Of a stretch of 48,720 nucleotides of DNA, positions 1 through 13,205 are shown piece by piece (positions within the stretch are counted from its first letter, which is position 1; each line of letters begins with the position of its first letter). Location of the stretch: the NCBI RefSeq assembly GCF_001194135.2, contig NC_068983.1, positions 43,110,304 to 43,159,023 on the forward strand, given 5' to 3'. This stretch comes from Octopus bimaculoides (lineage: Eukaryota). The position numbers and the translations under genes were made by a program. The notes beneath the pieces are model-generated. The model did no database searches, was not told where the DNA came from, and saw only the letters and a list, made by a program, of their open reading frames with translations.

Positions 1-113
1 CACCATAACAAACCACAGCACATACCCAAAGCGCACAGAGCTGCGCTCGGTAGTGAAGTGAAAGCACGTTATAAAAATAAAACTACTGAACAATAATAAT
101 AATAATGATAATA

Positions 114-190
<77 letters not shown>
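1..190 (+). mobile_element. 3' UTR of an R4/Dong-type (RLE) LINE followed by an (AAT)n tail
   Basis: 1-90 matches the reverse complement of 26241-26320, which directly follows a KITLLGTAHILHKTLSIL* RLE C-terminus; (AAT)n at about 91-190. Confidence 0.7.
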
Positions 191-191
<1 letters not shown>

Positions 192-1625
192 TTCGCATAA
201 ACAGAGCCTGAAATGGAGAAGCTGACTGAGACTGTGCAGATGTGCAGCAAAGATATAGGGATGGAACTCGGTATTTCGAAGTATGCGGTGCCCACTTTGA
301 AGCGGGGGGAAAGAACAGATTGTAGGGGCATAGAATTGCCAAACGGGGAGAGAATGGAAGACCCGGATGATGATAGGTACAAGTACCTTGGGATCTTGGA
401 ACTGGACAATATCTTGCTTAGAGAAATAAAAGACAAGGTCATCACTGCATATCTGAAGCACCTCAAACTTATCTTGAAATGAAAGCTCAACTCAAGGAAC
501 CTTGTGTCTGTCATCAACATATGTGCACCCATCCTGAGATGGACACAAGTAGAGATTAACCAACTCGATCGCACTGCCAGAAAAACATGACAATCCATGG
601 TGACCTCCACCCTAAGGCGAACGTACACAGGCTCTACATGAATGGGTGTAAATGTGGACGTGGGCTGGTTAGCGTACGAGAGTGAAAGAAGAAACATGGC
701 AGAATATTTGGTAACCAGCAAACAAGACCTACTACAGTATGCTGCTAAAGCAGAAGGATTTACCAAAAATAGACTTTAGAGTGCTAATGAATTCCGATCA
801 TGGGTAGCCAACGAGAGAGAGGAAACTCTATTCTGCATGAAATTATCTGGTCAGTTCCACCGTGAAACTCACAACATGGAGGTGGCTCAGCAAGGGTGAC
901 CTAAAATAAGAATACTTAAAGCCTAATCATCGCTGCCCAGGATCAGGCATTGAATACCAACTCAGTGAAAAAGGATATATACCACACAAGTGCAATTAAT
1001 CTCTGCAGAATGTGTGGGAAGAGGGTCGAAAGAGTGACTCACATTGTTAGTGCTTGTGAAAGTCTTGCGCAGAAAGAGTACAAGCGTAGACACGACAAGG
1101 TTGCCTAAAACTTCCACTGGCTACTATGCCGTAAGTATGGATATGAGGTAACGAGCTTGGTACCAACATACACCGGAAAAGGTAATGGACGAAAAGGGGA
1201 AGGCAAAAATCCTCTGAGACTTTGACTTCCAGACAGACAAGGTCTTAGAGCACCGAAAGCCAGATATAGTAACCTTTAGAAAGGACAAACAAGAGTAGCT
1301 AATAATCGACGTGCCAATGCCAGGAGATCAACATATTATCATGAAAGAAAGAGAAAAGATTGATAAATATGGAGACCTGAGAATTGAGATTGCTAAGATG
1401 TGGCAGCTATGAGAGTTAAACATAAATGTTGTCCCTGTTGTCATGGGATCATTGGGTTCGATACCACCCATGCTGAAGAAACATCTGGAAACTTTAGAAA
1501 TACCATGGAATCTAGGTGTATCGCAAAAATCGGCATTACTTGGAACTGCACGTTTATTGCGTAAAATACTGTCAGTCTAAGGTACTTGTGACTTGACAGA
1601 CTTGAAATGAATATAGAAAAAAAAA
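191..1625 (+). mobile_element. 5'-truncated, decayed R4/Dong-clade non-LTR retrotransposon (RT C-terminus, CCHC knuckle, restriction-like endonuclease)
   Basis: Frames read DIGMELG..YKYLGILE, HPKANVHRLY, CRMCGKRVERVTHIVSACESLAQKEYKRRHDKVA, HRKPDIV, LIIDV, QKSALLGTARLLRKILSV*; several stops and frameshifts. Confidence 0.9.
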
Positions 1626-1684
1626 GACTTAATTTATTTTTGTAATTAAATATTAGGAATTGTATTAAAAAAAATTAAAATATA

Positions 1685-2075
1685 GGCGCAGGACTGGCTG
1701 TGTGGTAAGAAGCTTGCTTCCCAAACACATGGTTCCGGCTTCAATCCCACTGCATGGCACCTTTGGCAAGTGTCTCCTACTATAGCCTCGGGCCGACCAA
1801 AGCCTTGTGAGTGGATTTGGTAGACGGAAACTGAAAGAAGCCCGTCGTATATATATGTATATATGTGTGTGTCTGTGTTTTTCCCACCACCTTCACTTGA
1901 CAACCGATGCTGGTGTGTCTACGTGTCCGTAATATAGCGGTTCGGCAAAAGAGACCGATAAAATAAGTACTAGGTTTAGAAAGAATAAGTCCTGGGGTCG
2001 ATTTGTTTGACTTAGAGGCGATACTCCAGCATGGCTGCTGTCAAAATGACTGAGAAAAGTAAACGAACAAAAGCT
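1685..2075 (+). mobile_element. tRNA-derived SINE, family B (about 390 bp, internal TA/TG microsatellite)
   Basis: Head ggcgcaggactggctgtgtggtaag with B-box-like ggttccggcttcaatcc; homologous to copies at 7668, 13700, 21190, 30490, 36556, 39990. Confidence 0.85.
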
Positions 2076-2139
2076 TTTTGTGTATTGTTGGAGTATAACC
2101 AATTTATTGCAGATAACCTTTTAACAACAAAATCTTACA

Positions 2140-2200
2140 TGGACCCTCAAGGGACATATGGATCCCCGAGAGGCCATGCGAATCTCGGTTGAGAACCACT
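2140..2200. mobile_element. Right end of a hAT-type MITE (remnant)
   Basis: Ends in ggttgagaaccact, the reverse complement of a typical cagtggttctcaacc hAT TIR; partner end not found. Confidence 0.35.
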
Positions 2201-2670
2201 ACTTTACAGATTAGCTAATCACAACTGCATATGCGTGATTGTTATTGATACAGCATGGCACCGGCTGTTATTTAAAGCTGTCAAGTTTTTAACATCTGTT
2301 GCCATTGAAGAAAATATTGTGTCCCACTGAAAATAGACCTTCCTTGTTTATCTCTTCAATACAAACCTCTTGCTTATTTCTCTACCTGGAAGTCTACTTT
2401 AGATATGGATATAGAGGCGGCTGTTCAGAACAAGGAAATAATTTACGGTTAACGGTGAAACTCGGCAATATAATTACTGATAATGTTCAAGTGTTACCTT
2501 GTAATTTAATTGGAAGAGAAGATGTAATTATATTAATTAAATCATCTAATGAAAACATATACAGTGTCTAATAAACTTACAGAAAGTGAAATGAGAAGTT
2601 TTAATTATATCACCAGACTCAGTTAGCGCGACGGGTAGGATAGCATGCAATATTTAGTTACTAGTAAGGT

Positions 2671-2881
2671 TGGGAACTGGCAGAATCGTAGGTACACCGG
2701 ACAAAATGCTTAGCGACAGTTCGTCCGTCTTTGCGTTTTGAGTTCAAATTCCTCCGAGGTTGACATTGCGTTTCATCCTTTTAGGGTCGATAAAATAAGT
2801 ACCAGTTGAGCACTGGGACCGATATCATTGGTTTATCCCCTTGCCTTGAAATTGCTGGTCTTGTGTCTAAATTTGAAACCA
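2671..2881 (+). mobile_element. tRNA-derived SINE, family A
   Basis: ctggcagaatcg...gagttcaaattc...ggtcgataaaataagtaccagttg shared with more than ten copies in the window. Confidence 0.85.
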
Positions 2882-2894
2882 GTATTTAGTTATT

Positions 2895-3120
2895 GGGAGG
2901 TGGCAGAATCGGTAGCGCGCCGGGCAAAATGCTTAGCAGTATTTCGCCCGTCTGTACGTTCTGAGTTCAAATCCCACCGAGGTCAACTTTGCATTTATTC
3001 TGCCGTTACTAAACAGTTCGACAAAAGAGACGATAGAATTACTACTGGACCTAAATAATAGTGTTGGGTTCTTTTTGTTCGACTAAACTTTTAAAGATGG
3101 TGCTCAAGCATGGCCGCAGC
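2895..3120 (+). mobile_element. SINE A 5' half joined to a SINE B 3' tail
   Basis: 2895-3000 aligns to the family A head; 3005-3120 aligns to the family B tail (ttcgacaaaagagac...agcatggccgcag). Confidence 0.6.
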
Positions 3121-3284
3121 TCGCAGCTATATTATGTAAAATTTTCAATCTTATATCAGTATTTAATTCGAGCGTTACCCGTCAAATGACGATTAAGTTT
3201 GGAAGTTATTCTTTGGCCACATGAATTATTTGATAAAAATTATTTTCCATATTTCTTGTTGCTACCCACAGGCAAACGTGTATG

Positions 3285-3496
3285 GGCGACGAGCTGGTAG
3301 AATCGTTAGCGCGTCGGACAAAATGTTTAGCGGCATTTCGTCCGTCTTTACGTTCTGAGTTCAAATTCCGCCGAAGTCGGCTTTGCCTTTTATCCCTTCT
3401 AGACCAATGAAATAAGTACTATTGCCTACTGAGATCGATGTAATCGACTAACCCCCTCCCCCGAAATTTCCGGCTTTGTGCCAAGTTTTGAAACCA
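3285..3496 (+). mobile_element. SINE family A
   Basis: Full-length match to family A (ggcgacgagctggtagaatcgttagc...ttttgaaacc). Confidence 0.9.
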
Positions 3497-3834
3497 ATAT
3501 TATTAGAGTAATTGTAGTAGTTTCTTCATTTGGAACATTTTCAGGTAAATTCTTAAGTTAGCAAATGCCCTAGAGATTTAATGGGGAACACTTACTCGAC
3601 TACCGAACAGTTTACTTGAAAAAGCATCTAAGGAAAATATTCATTACAATAAATATTAACTTTTGCAGAGTATTTTCTTTTCAGTTACTCTGTCATTTAC
3701 TCCACCTCATCCTCCTGGTCATTCTCCCGTGTCTCTGTGGTTATTTCTAGCTTACTCTGGTGTATAGCATTCATTGAAACATTGCCTGCCACTAAGCCTA
3801 GTATTTGCACTTATACTGCATCACCTCTTCCGTT

Positions 3835-3876
3835 AACTCTCTCGCTCTCTCTTTCTCTTTCTCTCTCTCTCGCATT

Positions 3877-3950
<74 letters not shown>
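3835..3950. repeat. Compound microsatellite (CT)n(CA)n(TA)n
   Basis: Direct reading. Confidence 0.95.
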
Positions 3951-3952
<2 letters not shown>

Positions 3953-4491
3953 CTTTCTCTGTACTATATAAAGTATGAATGGAGAAGTTAAAGAATCAAA
4001 CAACCAACCGATTAACCAATATTTATAAGGGCTTATTATCAAATAAAGACTCCATTCCCGATAATCTTTAAACAAAATTCAAACTTTTAAATAATTTGTC
4101 GCGTAGAGATATATTTTTAATGGCTACTAAAATCATTCCATAAATCAAATCTCTTCTCACCTTAGCTTCAAAGAATTTCTTTCAACTACTCGAGTCATTT
4201 CTTTAGAGTTGACAAATTTACGAAGAGAAATCCGCAGCTGTTTAAAGACTCGCTAAATAATAATAAAAGGAAAAACATCGCACCCACTCGTTTCTCTGAT
4301 ATAAAGTGTCTGCAATTATAAAATATCGTTTCTTGAGAAGCGATATTTTACAGTGAAAAGACATATTCAAACGGCTGGAATAGACAAACGAGAATCTTGT
4401 GGATTTAATAGTTTTCTATATCAATTACGGACGGCTAATCAGGACTACTAAACATTCCTACTACAAATGTACACTAACTCTCAGAATTGTA

Positions 4492-4553
4492 TATACATAC
4501 ATACATGCATACATACATACATACAAACATACATACATACATACATACATACA

Positions 4554-4587
<34 letters not shown>

Positions 4588-4605
4588 CTTACATACATAC
4601 ATACA
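4492..4605. repeat. (TACA)n tetranucleotide microsatellite
   Basis: Direct reading. Confidence 0.95.
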
Positions 4606-5130
4606 TGGGATAAAGAAGAGAAACTGTGCACAGTTGTGGAAATTAGCTGCCCAGCAGATGTTAACATAAATCTGAAGAGCGGCGAAAAAGAGAACACCTA
4701 CGCTGAACTATTGAGAAATTTGCAGTTGCTCTATCCAGATTACAAGTTCAGGTCTATACCTGTACTTATTGGGTCCCTGGGATATGTAACACACTGCTTA
4801 AATACCATTCTTGAGAAATTTGACTTTCCAAAACCAGAAAGGAGAAAGCTAATTCGAAGACTACAGATCCAAGTCATCACTGGAATTGTAAAAATCTGTG
4901 AAACTTTCCAGAAATTTATCATTTAAGTTGCATTTAGATATGCAACTATATGCGTGAGTATATATGCATAAAACATACAAATCTGCACATATACATACAT
5001 ACATGCATACATACAAAATCCCCTATTGTTGATGTTGAAATTCCAATGAAGGAGCCTTGGATGCAGGTTAGAAACCGGTTCTTCCTCGATTGGCAAAAAA
5101 TTTGAAATCAACTGAATAATGACATACATG
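4606..5130 (+). mobile_element. 3' end of an RLE-type LINE (endonuclease C-terminus plus 3' UTR), a second family associated with (TACA)n
   Basis: WDKEEKLCTVVEISCPADVN..EKENTY..IPVLIGSLG..KFII* (ORF 4399-4926) fits the C-terminal half of a PD-(D/E)xK restriction-like endonuclease; TACA repeats on both sides. Confidence 0.8.
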
Positions 5131-5314
5131 CATAATATATGTGTGCGTGTGTATTTATATATATATGTGTATGTGTGTGTATGTACATATATACGTATAC
5201 ATATATAAGAGTGTGTATGTGTGTGTATTATGTGTACATATACATGCATATACATACGTACAAATACATATAAAATACACGAGCATAAACAAATATATAT
5301 TTGCACATATGCTT

Positions 5315-5347
<33 letters not shown>

Positions 5348-5371
5348 CGCAGACACACACATATATATATA

Positions 5372-5583
5372 CTTTTCTACTCTAGGCACAAGGCCCGAAA
5401 TTTTGAGGGAGGGAGCCAGTCGATTAGACAGACCCCAGTACGCAACTAGTACTTAATTAATCGACCCCGAAAGAACGAAAGACAAAGTCGACCTCGTCGG
5501 AATTTGAACTCAAAACGTAAAGACACGAAATACCGCTAAGCATTTCGCCCGGGATGCTAATGTTTCTGCCAGATCGCCGCCTT
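5372..5583 (-). mobile_element. SINE family A
   Basis: Reverse complement of the family A consensus. Confidence 0.9.
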
Positions 5584-5878
5584 ACACACACACATATATA
5601 TATATAGTTGTATATAGCTGTTTATGTATTCACCCATTTTGGTTCAGTCTGGACTTAGTTCTTCATCATATGAATTGTATCCTTATTTACAGTTCTTGTA
5701 GTCAAAATTCTCCTCGTCTCCAGAGAACTGGATCTAGTTTCATTGTTTCTCTTGTTATTTTATATTATGTACAGGTTTTTAAATTCTGATATTCAATTGA
5801 AACTACATGGAAGATTTTTAGTTGATTATTAAGAAGGGCACGTCAGTACTTTAGTGGCATGAATATTAATGGGGTTTA

Positions 5879-6093
5879 AAAGGCGGTGAGCTGGTAGAAC
5901 CGTGAGCATGCTGGGCGAAATGCTTAGCGGTATTTCGTCTGTCTTTACGTCCTGAGTTCAAATTCCGCCAAGGTCGACTTTGCCTTTCATCATTTCGGGG
6001 TCGATAAATTAGGTACCAGTTGCGTATTGAGGTCGATCTAATCGGCTGGTCCCCTTCTACCAAATTTTGGGCCTTGTGTTTAGAGTAGAAGAG
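5879..6093 (+). mobile_element. SINE family A
   Basis: aaggcggtgagctggtagaacc...gtagaagag, full length. Confidence 0.9.
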
Positions 6094-6240
6094 AATATTA
6101 TGGGGTTTAAGATCTAGGTACTTAATAAGTACGGAAAACACATGACATTGTGTGTGTGTGTCTGTGTGTGTGTGTGTCTGTGTGTGTGCGTGTGTCTGTG
6201 TGTGTGTAAGATTGTGTGGTGTGTGTATATGTGTGCGTGA

Positions 6241-6507
6241 AGGTGCGTGGCTTAGTGGTTAGGGTATTCGGCACACGAGCTAACGATCGTGAGTTCGATA
6301 CGACCACGATGTGTCGTGTCCTTGAGCAAAGCACTTTATTTCACATTGTTTCAGTCCACTCAGCTGGCAAAAGTGAGCTATGCCTGTACTTTGAGGGGAC
6401 AGTCTTGTCATGTCCTGTGTCTCGCTGAATCTTCAAGAGAACTGTGTTGAGGGTATTCGTGTCTGCGGAGTACTCAGCCTTTTGCACATTAGTTTCACAA
6501 GCGAGCT
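6241..6507 (+). mobile_element. tRNA-derived SINE, family C
   Basis: A box tggcttagtgg, B box gagttcgatac, then gtgtccttgagcaaagcactttatttcac; homologous to copies at 14891, 17457, 43253. Confidence 0.85.
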
Positions 6508-6714
6508 GTGTGTGTATGTATGTATGTATGTATAAATCAAAGGTAGGAAAGAAAGAGCACAACAAACGGGAACTAACAAAACTTAACATGCGGGAAAATA
6601 CATGATAACGGTAAACAGGACAAAAACAAGATACACGGATCATCCACACCGGATTTCCTCATCAGTCGGAGTCCGGAAAGTCCTTGTAGTTTCGCCCTCT
6701 TATCTTCGACTATA

Positions 6715-7240
<526 letters not shown>

Positions 7241-7667
7241 GTGTGGGGGGGGTGCACCTTTCTTCAAAACAAGAACTAAAGAAAGACTGATTTGATCACC
7301 TTTTCAAAAGATAAATGCTTCTGGTTGCTTCATACGTATAGTGTAGATTCTGATAGTGATGCGATTACCTCGCCTTTAACACGCAGAATCGCCATTGATA
7401 AAAATTGGAACGGGGACTTCGTACTAGCGTCAGATTACAATGAGTGGGAGTGGTATATTGGAGGAAGTAGGAGTGAATATTTTATGGGGTATTTACATAT
7501 ATTTATAAAATGGGTGGGGCTTATGTGATATATTGTTCATGTAATATTGAAAGTGTGAGGGTGAGTAATTGTTGCTGAGTACGGGCATACCAGAACTTAC
7601 ATCGATCAATGGTTCCAAGACATGCGACTTAACTCGAAAAACGATGTAACACGAAAAAACTTTTAAT

Positions 7668-7906
7668 CTTTTATTCTTTGACTTGTTTCAGTCATTTAAC
7701 TGCGGCCATGCTGGAGCACTACCTTGAGCGGTTTCAGTCGAAACAAATCGACTCCTGGACTTATTTTTAAGCCTAGTACTTATTCTATCAGTGTCTTTTA
7801 CTGAACCGCTAAGTTACGGGGACGAAAACACATCAACACCGGTTGTCAAGCGGCGATGGGGAAACAATCACAGACACACATATGTATCTCACACACACAC
7901 ACACAT

Positions 7907-7947
<41 letters not shown>

Positions 7948-8229
7948 NNNNNNNNNNNNNNNNNNNNNNNNNNNNNNNNNNNNNNNNNNNNNNNNNNNNN
8001 NNNNNNNNNNNNNNNNNNNNNNNNNNNNNNNNNNNNNNNNNNNNNNNNNNNNNNNNNNATATAAACGACGGGCTTCTTACAGTTTCCGTCTACCAAAACC
8101 ACTCACAAGGCTTTGGTCGACCTGAAGCTTTAGCAGAAAACACTTGCCCAAGGTGCCACACAGTGGGACTGAACCCGGAACTATGTGGTTAGGAAGCAAG
8201 CTTCTTACCTCACACCCACGCCTGCGCCT
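7668..8229 (-). mobile_element. SINE family B; its internal microsatellite spans an assembly gap
   Basis: Both halves align in reverse to 1685-2075; N-run at 7948-8058. Confidence 0.85.
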
Positions 8230-8449
8230 ATATCTATTTAAATTAATGATTTGCACTTCGTGATTGGTTTTTTAGTTGTATTTCAAAATATTTTATGGTT
8301 TTTAATATGTTGTCTGAGAGCGATGTAAAGCTGAATAAACCGACTGAAGTTGAGGTTTTTCTTCTATTGAGTTCTTAAAAATATGACGTAAAGTCGTAAA
8401 AGGCGTAACTCGAAACACCGTAAATACCATTGATGGAGTAGGCGTGAAT

Positions 8450-9105
8450 ATTTTATGGGATTTTGATAGAGTGGGCATGATTTATTTCATTGACAGTTTT
8501 GTATCATATCGAGAGGGCGGGAATAAGGAATTGGAAATGGTATTTAAATTACCCTTGAGGAGTATAGGAGCGAATATTTGATGGAATATTCAAATGCATT
8601 GACCAAGTGGGAATGGTTTATTTGATTGAGGGAGTGAGCGTAAGAATATTCAAATATATTGATAAAGTGGGCGCGGTTTATTTGACAAGATGTTTTTATC
8701 AAATTGAGAGAATGGGTGCAAGTACTTATATATGTTATTTAAATTAGAGATATTCAAATATATTCATAGCAAAGGAGTGGTTAATTTGAGTCCATAATTA
8801 AACTACTTTTTAAAAAGCGAGATTGAGTATTAAGTTATTCAGTTAGCATTCAGAGGTTGAGAATGATTGATTGACAGCAAAGTCAGTGATGCTACATTAG
8901 GAGTGTTGGTGGTACTATATAGAAGCATATTTATATTTCATCAAAGAGAGAATGGAGTATAATATTCAAATTACACTAAATCAGGGCGTGATGATTGTTT
9001 GATTGAGGGTGAGATATTATAATTATGATTGTGAGTGTAAGAGTGTGTGTTTGATAGAATATTCAAATGACTTTAAGAAGGTGGGGTTAATTACTTGATA
9101 GAACA
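8450..9105. repeat. Degenerate G-rich, C-poor repeat with core gaatattcaaat...gtggg...gtttatttga
   Basis: Core seen near 8455, 8584, 8644, 8749, 8960 and 9057 with irregular spacing. Confidence 0.55.
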
Positions 9106-9566
9106 GTAGAAAGGTTTTTTGGTGGTGGTGGTGGTGGTGGGCGGGGACATTTAATAAGACATTGCAATCGAAGATGGAAATCGAAAATGATATGTGAAGA
9201 AATGGCGTTCCTTTACTGTTGGTTCGCGAGGGGTGGCCCTTAAGGCACCTATCACCTTCTAGTTCCTAAAACACATTTTCAAGACTGATTTTAGTTACTT
9301 CTGGGAGTGTGGATCGAGTGTTTGTTGGCATATTCACATCCTAAGGCAGGGGTCTCCAATCACTGTCCGTGGAACAGAAGCGGGCTATGAATCATTTGAT
9401 ACCGGAAAAAATTATTTTTAAAATGTTATTTCTGCATCATTGACCATCACAGTCTGCAGGGTATTTTGCATTATGTATGCATTATATCAGCAATATATAT
9501 GTATCATATATGTAATAATTAGATTATATATTTTGCACTTTATTGTGTTTTTATGCGCATGACCAT

Positions 9567-9610
<44 letters not shown>

Positions 9611-9896
9611 NNNNNNNNNNNNNNNNNNNNNNNNNNNNNNNNNNNNNNNNNNNNNNNNNNNNNNNNNNNNNNNNNNNNNNNNNNNNNNNNNNNNNNNNNN
9701 NNNNNNNNNNNNNNNNNNNNNNNNNNNNNNNNNNNNNNNNNNNNNNNNNNNNNNNNNNNNNNNNNNNNNNNNNNNNNNNNNNNNNNNNNNNNNNNNNNNN
9801 NNNNNNNNNNNNNNNNNNNNNNNNNNNNNNNNNNNNNNNNNNNNNNNNNNNNNNNNNNNNNNNNNNNNNNNNNNNNNNNNNNNNNNNNNNNNNNNN

Positions 9897-9945
<49 letters not shown>

Positions 9946-10137
9946 TAGCTGATAGATTAAACTCCAATTCTTGAGAAAATTACACTACCTCTCTTTCACT
10001 CCAGTCTCGGAAAGAATTGAACCCAGCACTACAAACTAACAAACCAATCATTAATCATACATTAATCTCGTATCTTTGAACGGCAAACGGGATTTAACTG
10101 GCTGGGGTAATTATTTACAGAGTTGTATCTACACATC

Positions 10138-10452
10138 TGTGGAGGCACATGGCCTAGTGGTTAGAGCAGTGGACTCGTGGTCGAGGGATCGCGTGTTCGA
10201 ATCTCAGACTGGGTGATGTGTGTGTTTATGGGCGAAACACCTGAGTTCCACGCGGCTACGGTAGAAGGTAATGGCGAACTTCTGCTGACTCTTTCGCCAC
10301 AACTTTCTCCCACTCTTTCCTCCTGCATCTAGCAGCTCACCTGCGACGGACCGGCGTCCCGTCCAGGTGGGGAACTTATACGCCAATGAAACCGGAGGAC
10401 TGGCCCTTATGAGCCAGTCATGGCTCCAGAGGGAACAAACAGCAACAACAAT
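10138..10452 (+). mobile_element. tRNA-derived SINE, family D
   Basis: tgtggaggcacatggcctagtggttagagcag...gttcgaatctc head and (AAC)n tail; reverse copy at 44776-45040. Confidence 0.9.
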
Positions 10453-11160
10453 ATCTACATGTCTACCATATATATATATATATATAACGTGAGAGAGTTA
10501 GGGGTTGGGGGTTCAACCCACTAAGGGATACACCTGTGCTTTGGTTCTTTCTTTCTTTTTCTTTTCTCCCCTTTTTTTGTCACTTTTGCTATGAATTAAA
10601 TTAATGAATTCAACGGGANNNNNNNNNNNNNNNNNNNNNNNNNNNNNNNNNNNNNNNNNNNNNNNNNNNNNNNNNNNNNNNNNNNNNNNNNNNNNNNNNN
10701 NNNNNNNNNNNNNNNNNNNNNNNNNNNNNNAAAGCATCTTATATATATATATATATATATAAGATGTGCGTGTGTATGTGTATGTATGTGCGAATATTGA
10801 TTTTAACAGATAATTGATTGTGGGCCAAAGCATCTGTATCAATACTGCTGATAAAATACGAACGTCCGGTCTTTTGTCCAACACATCAAATTATTTTTAA
10901 CGTGATTAACTGCTCTTCATAATATTGTCCACAAGATTTAGAATTACTATCGATTCCTTAGTGACAAAAATTTAATAATTTCCACTTTTAAACCCCCTCA
11001 GCACACACACACACACACAGCTAGAAATCAATATGCCTAGATTGAATTTCTTTATTAGTTTACTGATAATTCATTAGTTGTAAAATATGACAGTATTGAG
11101 ATCATGATGATTATTATTACAAGAGAAAATCATCTTTAAAAGATAGTATATCAATGCTGG

Positions 11161-11376
11161 TTTTAAATTTTAGCACAAGGCCAGAAATTTTGGGAGACGG
11201 AGTAAGTCGATTAGATCGACCCTAGTTTTCAGTTGGTACTTATTTTATCGACTGCGAAAGGATGAAAGGCAAAAAATAAATCGACTTGGGTGGAATTTGA
11301 ATTCAGATCGTAAAGGCAGACAAAATATCGCTAAGAATTTCCCCCCAATGTGCTATCGATTCTTGTAGCTCGCCAA
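11161..11376 (-). mobile_element. SINE family A
   Basis: Reverse complement of family A. Confidence 0.8.
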
Positions 11377-11756
11377 CTTGCCTTAGCGTATCGATATTAA
11401 CATAATATACCAACATTAACGTAATGTACCCGATATATCATAATTAACATAGTTAATCAACATTAATACTACATATTAGCATTAACATAATATGATATCG
11501 AGCATAATATCGAACCCATGGTCTGGCGATTGTGAGCGTAACACCCTAACCACTAGGCCATAAACCTTTACTGTGAAGGCATTAGCATGCATCAGCAAAT
11601 CATTTATTTACTGATTTCTATATCTAAGAGCTCTTGCCATGATGTAGCTTTGTCTGAGAAGATACACAACGAGGTCGAAACAACGCTTTAACGCTTTGTC
11701 TCACTGACACTTTGTGTTACTGAATCTGGTATGTTGTGAACATGAATCGTCTAGGG

Positions 11757-12065
11757 CAGTGGTTCCAAAAGTAATAAGTATTGCCCCCTGGGGCAGTGGA
11801 AAGGTCCAAGAGGTCATTGGAGAAAGTGGGGCGATAATGAGGGAGTGATTCATGTAAAAAAAATGGGGAGATAATGAGGTAGCGATTCATATAAAAACAA
11901 CAACATAATGGGTTCATTAGGTTAAGTTTTATTTGTGAAATACTGTTGCTTTGAATTTGCTTCAGAAAGAGGTCTACGTTTGTGATGGTTAGTTGGGGTG
12001 GGATCGCTAGGAATGTGACCTGGGTGTCAAGGGGGCGGCAGCCCAATAAATTTTAGGAACCACTG
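11757..12065. mobile_element. hAT-type MITE (309 bp)
   Basis: TIRs cagtggttccaaaa / ttttaggaaccactg; 8-bp flanks gtctaggg and atctaaag are consistent with a decayed hAT TSD. Confidence 0.75.
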
Positions 12066-12307
12066 ATCTAAAGAGAGAAAGTTTTCTCTGTTGACAGAAA
12101 GCGACAGCAATCAGATATTTCTGTTCGAATCTGTCAGAGCTTATAAGAATGAATAGATTCGTTACTGCTTGGGTTTTTGCCGTTCTGTTAGTGCTTCATG
12201 AATGACTATCTGTTTGGCAGACATTAGCACACATCAGCAAACAATTTACTGATTCTTATAAACAAGAACTTGTGCTCCGGAGAGATTCATCGGTTCAGCT
12301 ATAGGGT

Positions 12308-12359
12308 GGCTTTGACTGAGAAGACACAATGAATCGAAACACTGTGCTATCTCAAAGTC
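12308..12359 (+). ncRNA. Degenerate or variant type I hammerhead-like motif; paralogue at about 11645-11705
   Basis: Stem I ggctttga/tcaaagtc (8 bp, one G-U), core CUGAGAA (canonical CUGANGA), GAAAC; the other copy retains a GUC triplet. Confidence 0.4.
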
Positions 12360-12988
12360 CTTTTGCAAATGTTATGAACACACGCGATTTATTCGACAAA
12401 TATAATGATCATGAGATATGGTGTTCATGCTTTTGTTCAATTCCAAAGATTGTCAAAGAAAGACGAGTTAAATGTCTTTCACTTTCTAAACTCAATTGGT
12501 TTGTAAGTATTGCTCGTTGCTCTTCGACGTGTCACCCGCTATTGTCATAATTTGTTTCTGAGCTTCATAACATGTTGAATTAAGTTACTACTCCACACAC
12601 CCATCATCAATCTAATGGTGTTTGTTTTGTCTTTCCAATTCTGCTGTCAGCCAAAGCATATTTATTGTTGGTAGTATTAAACTACTTTGACATCTATTGT
12701 TAGCAACAGATCAATTATTTCCATTAATCCTAACAGCTTCCTCCTTTTGTGACGTCGTTATTCGACTACGCGCACTTCAGTTAATGATTTCTTCTATCCT
12801 GATGATTGTATGGAAGTTATATCATAATCCTCATGTAATAACTGGCAGCTTTTCTTTGACTGTTCGTTTTTCACTCGTTTAATCATGTCAATTATTTGCT
12901 ACAAGAAAACTTTTATAGCATGAATTCATTTTTTTAAAAATCGAGCAAAACAAAGAGTTGATTCATACTGCCTTTTCAATAAAAAAAA

Positions 12989-13205
12989 GCGGAGTTGCAA
13001 GCTACCAGAATCGTGAGCACGCCGGACAAAATTCTTAGTGGCGTTTCAGCCGTCTTTACGTTCTGAGTTCAAATTCCGCCGAGATCCACTTTGCTGTTCA
13101 TCCTTTCGGCATCGATAAAATGAGCACCACTTGAACACAGGGATCGATGTAATCGACTTCCTAATCCTCGAAAATTGCTGACTCTGTGCTAGAACTTAAG
13201 CCAAT
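12989..13205 (+). mobile_element. SINE family A
   Basis: Aligns to family A. Confidence 0.8.

Noticed and set aside
4319-4350. 15-bp-arm hairpin
   Set aside because: Short, AT-rich and isolated; compatible with chance or a tiny MITE scar.
4672-4690. ctgaagagcggcgaaa hammerhead-like core
   Set aside because: It lies within LINE coding sequence and has no stem III or stem I.
6640-6700. Minus-strand CUGAUGA and a nearby GAAAC
   Set aside because: GAAAC lies upstream without a pairing stem II, and the downstream GAAA leaves no stem II and a G at the cleavage position.
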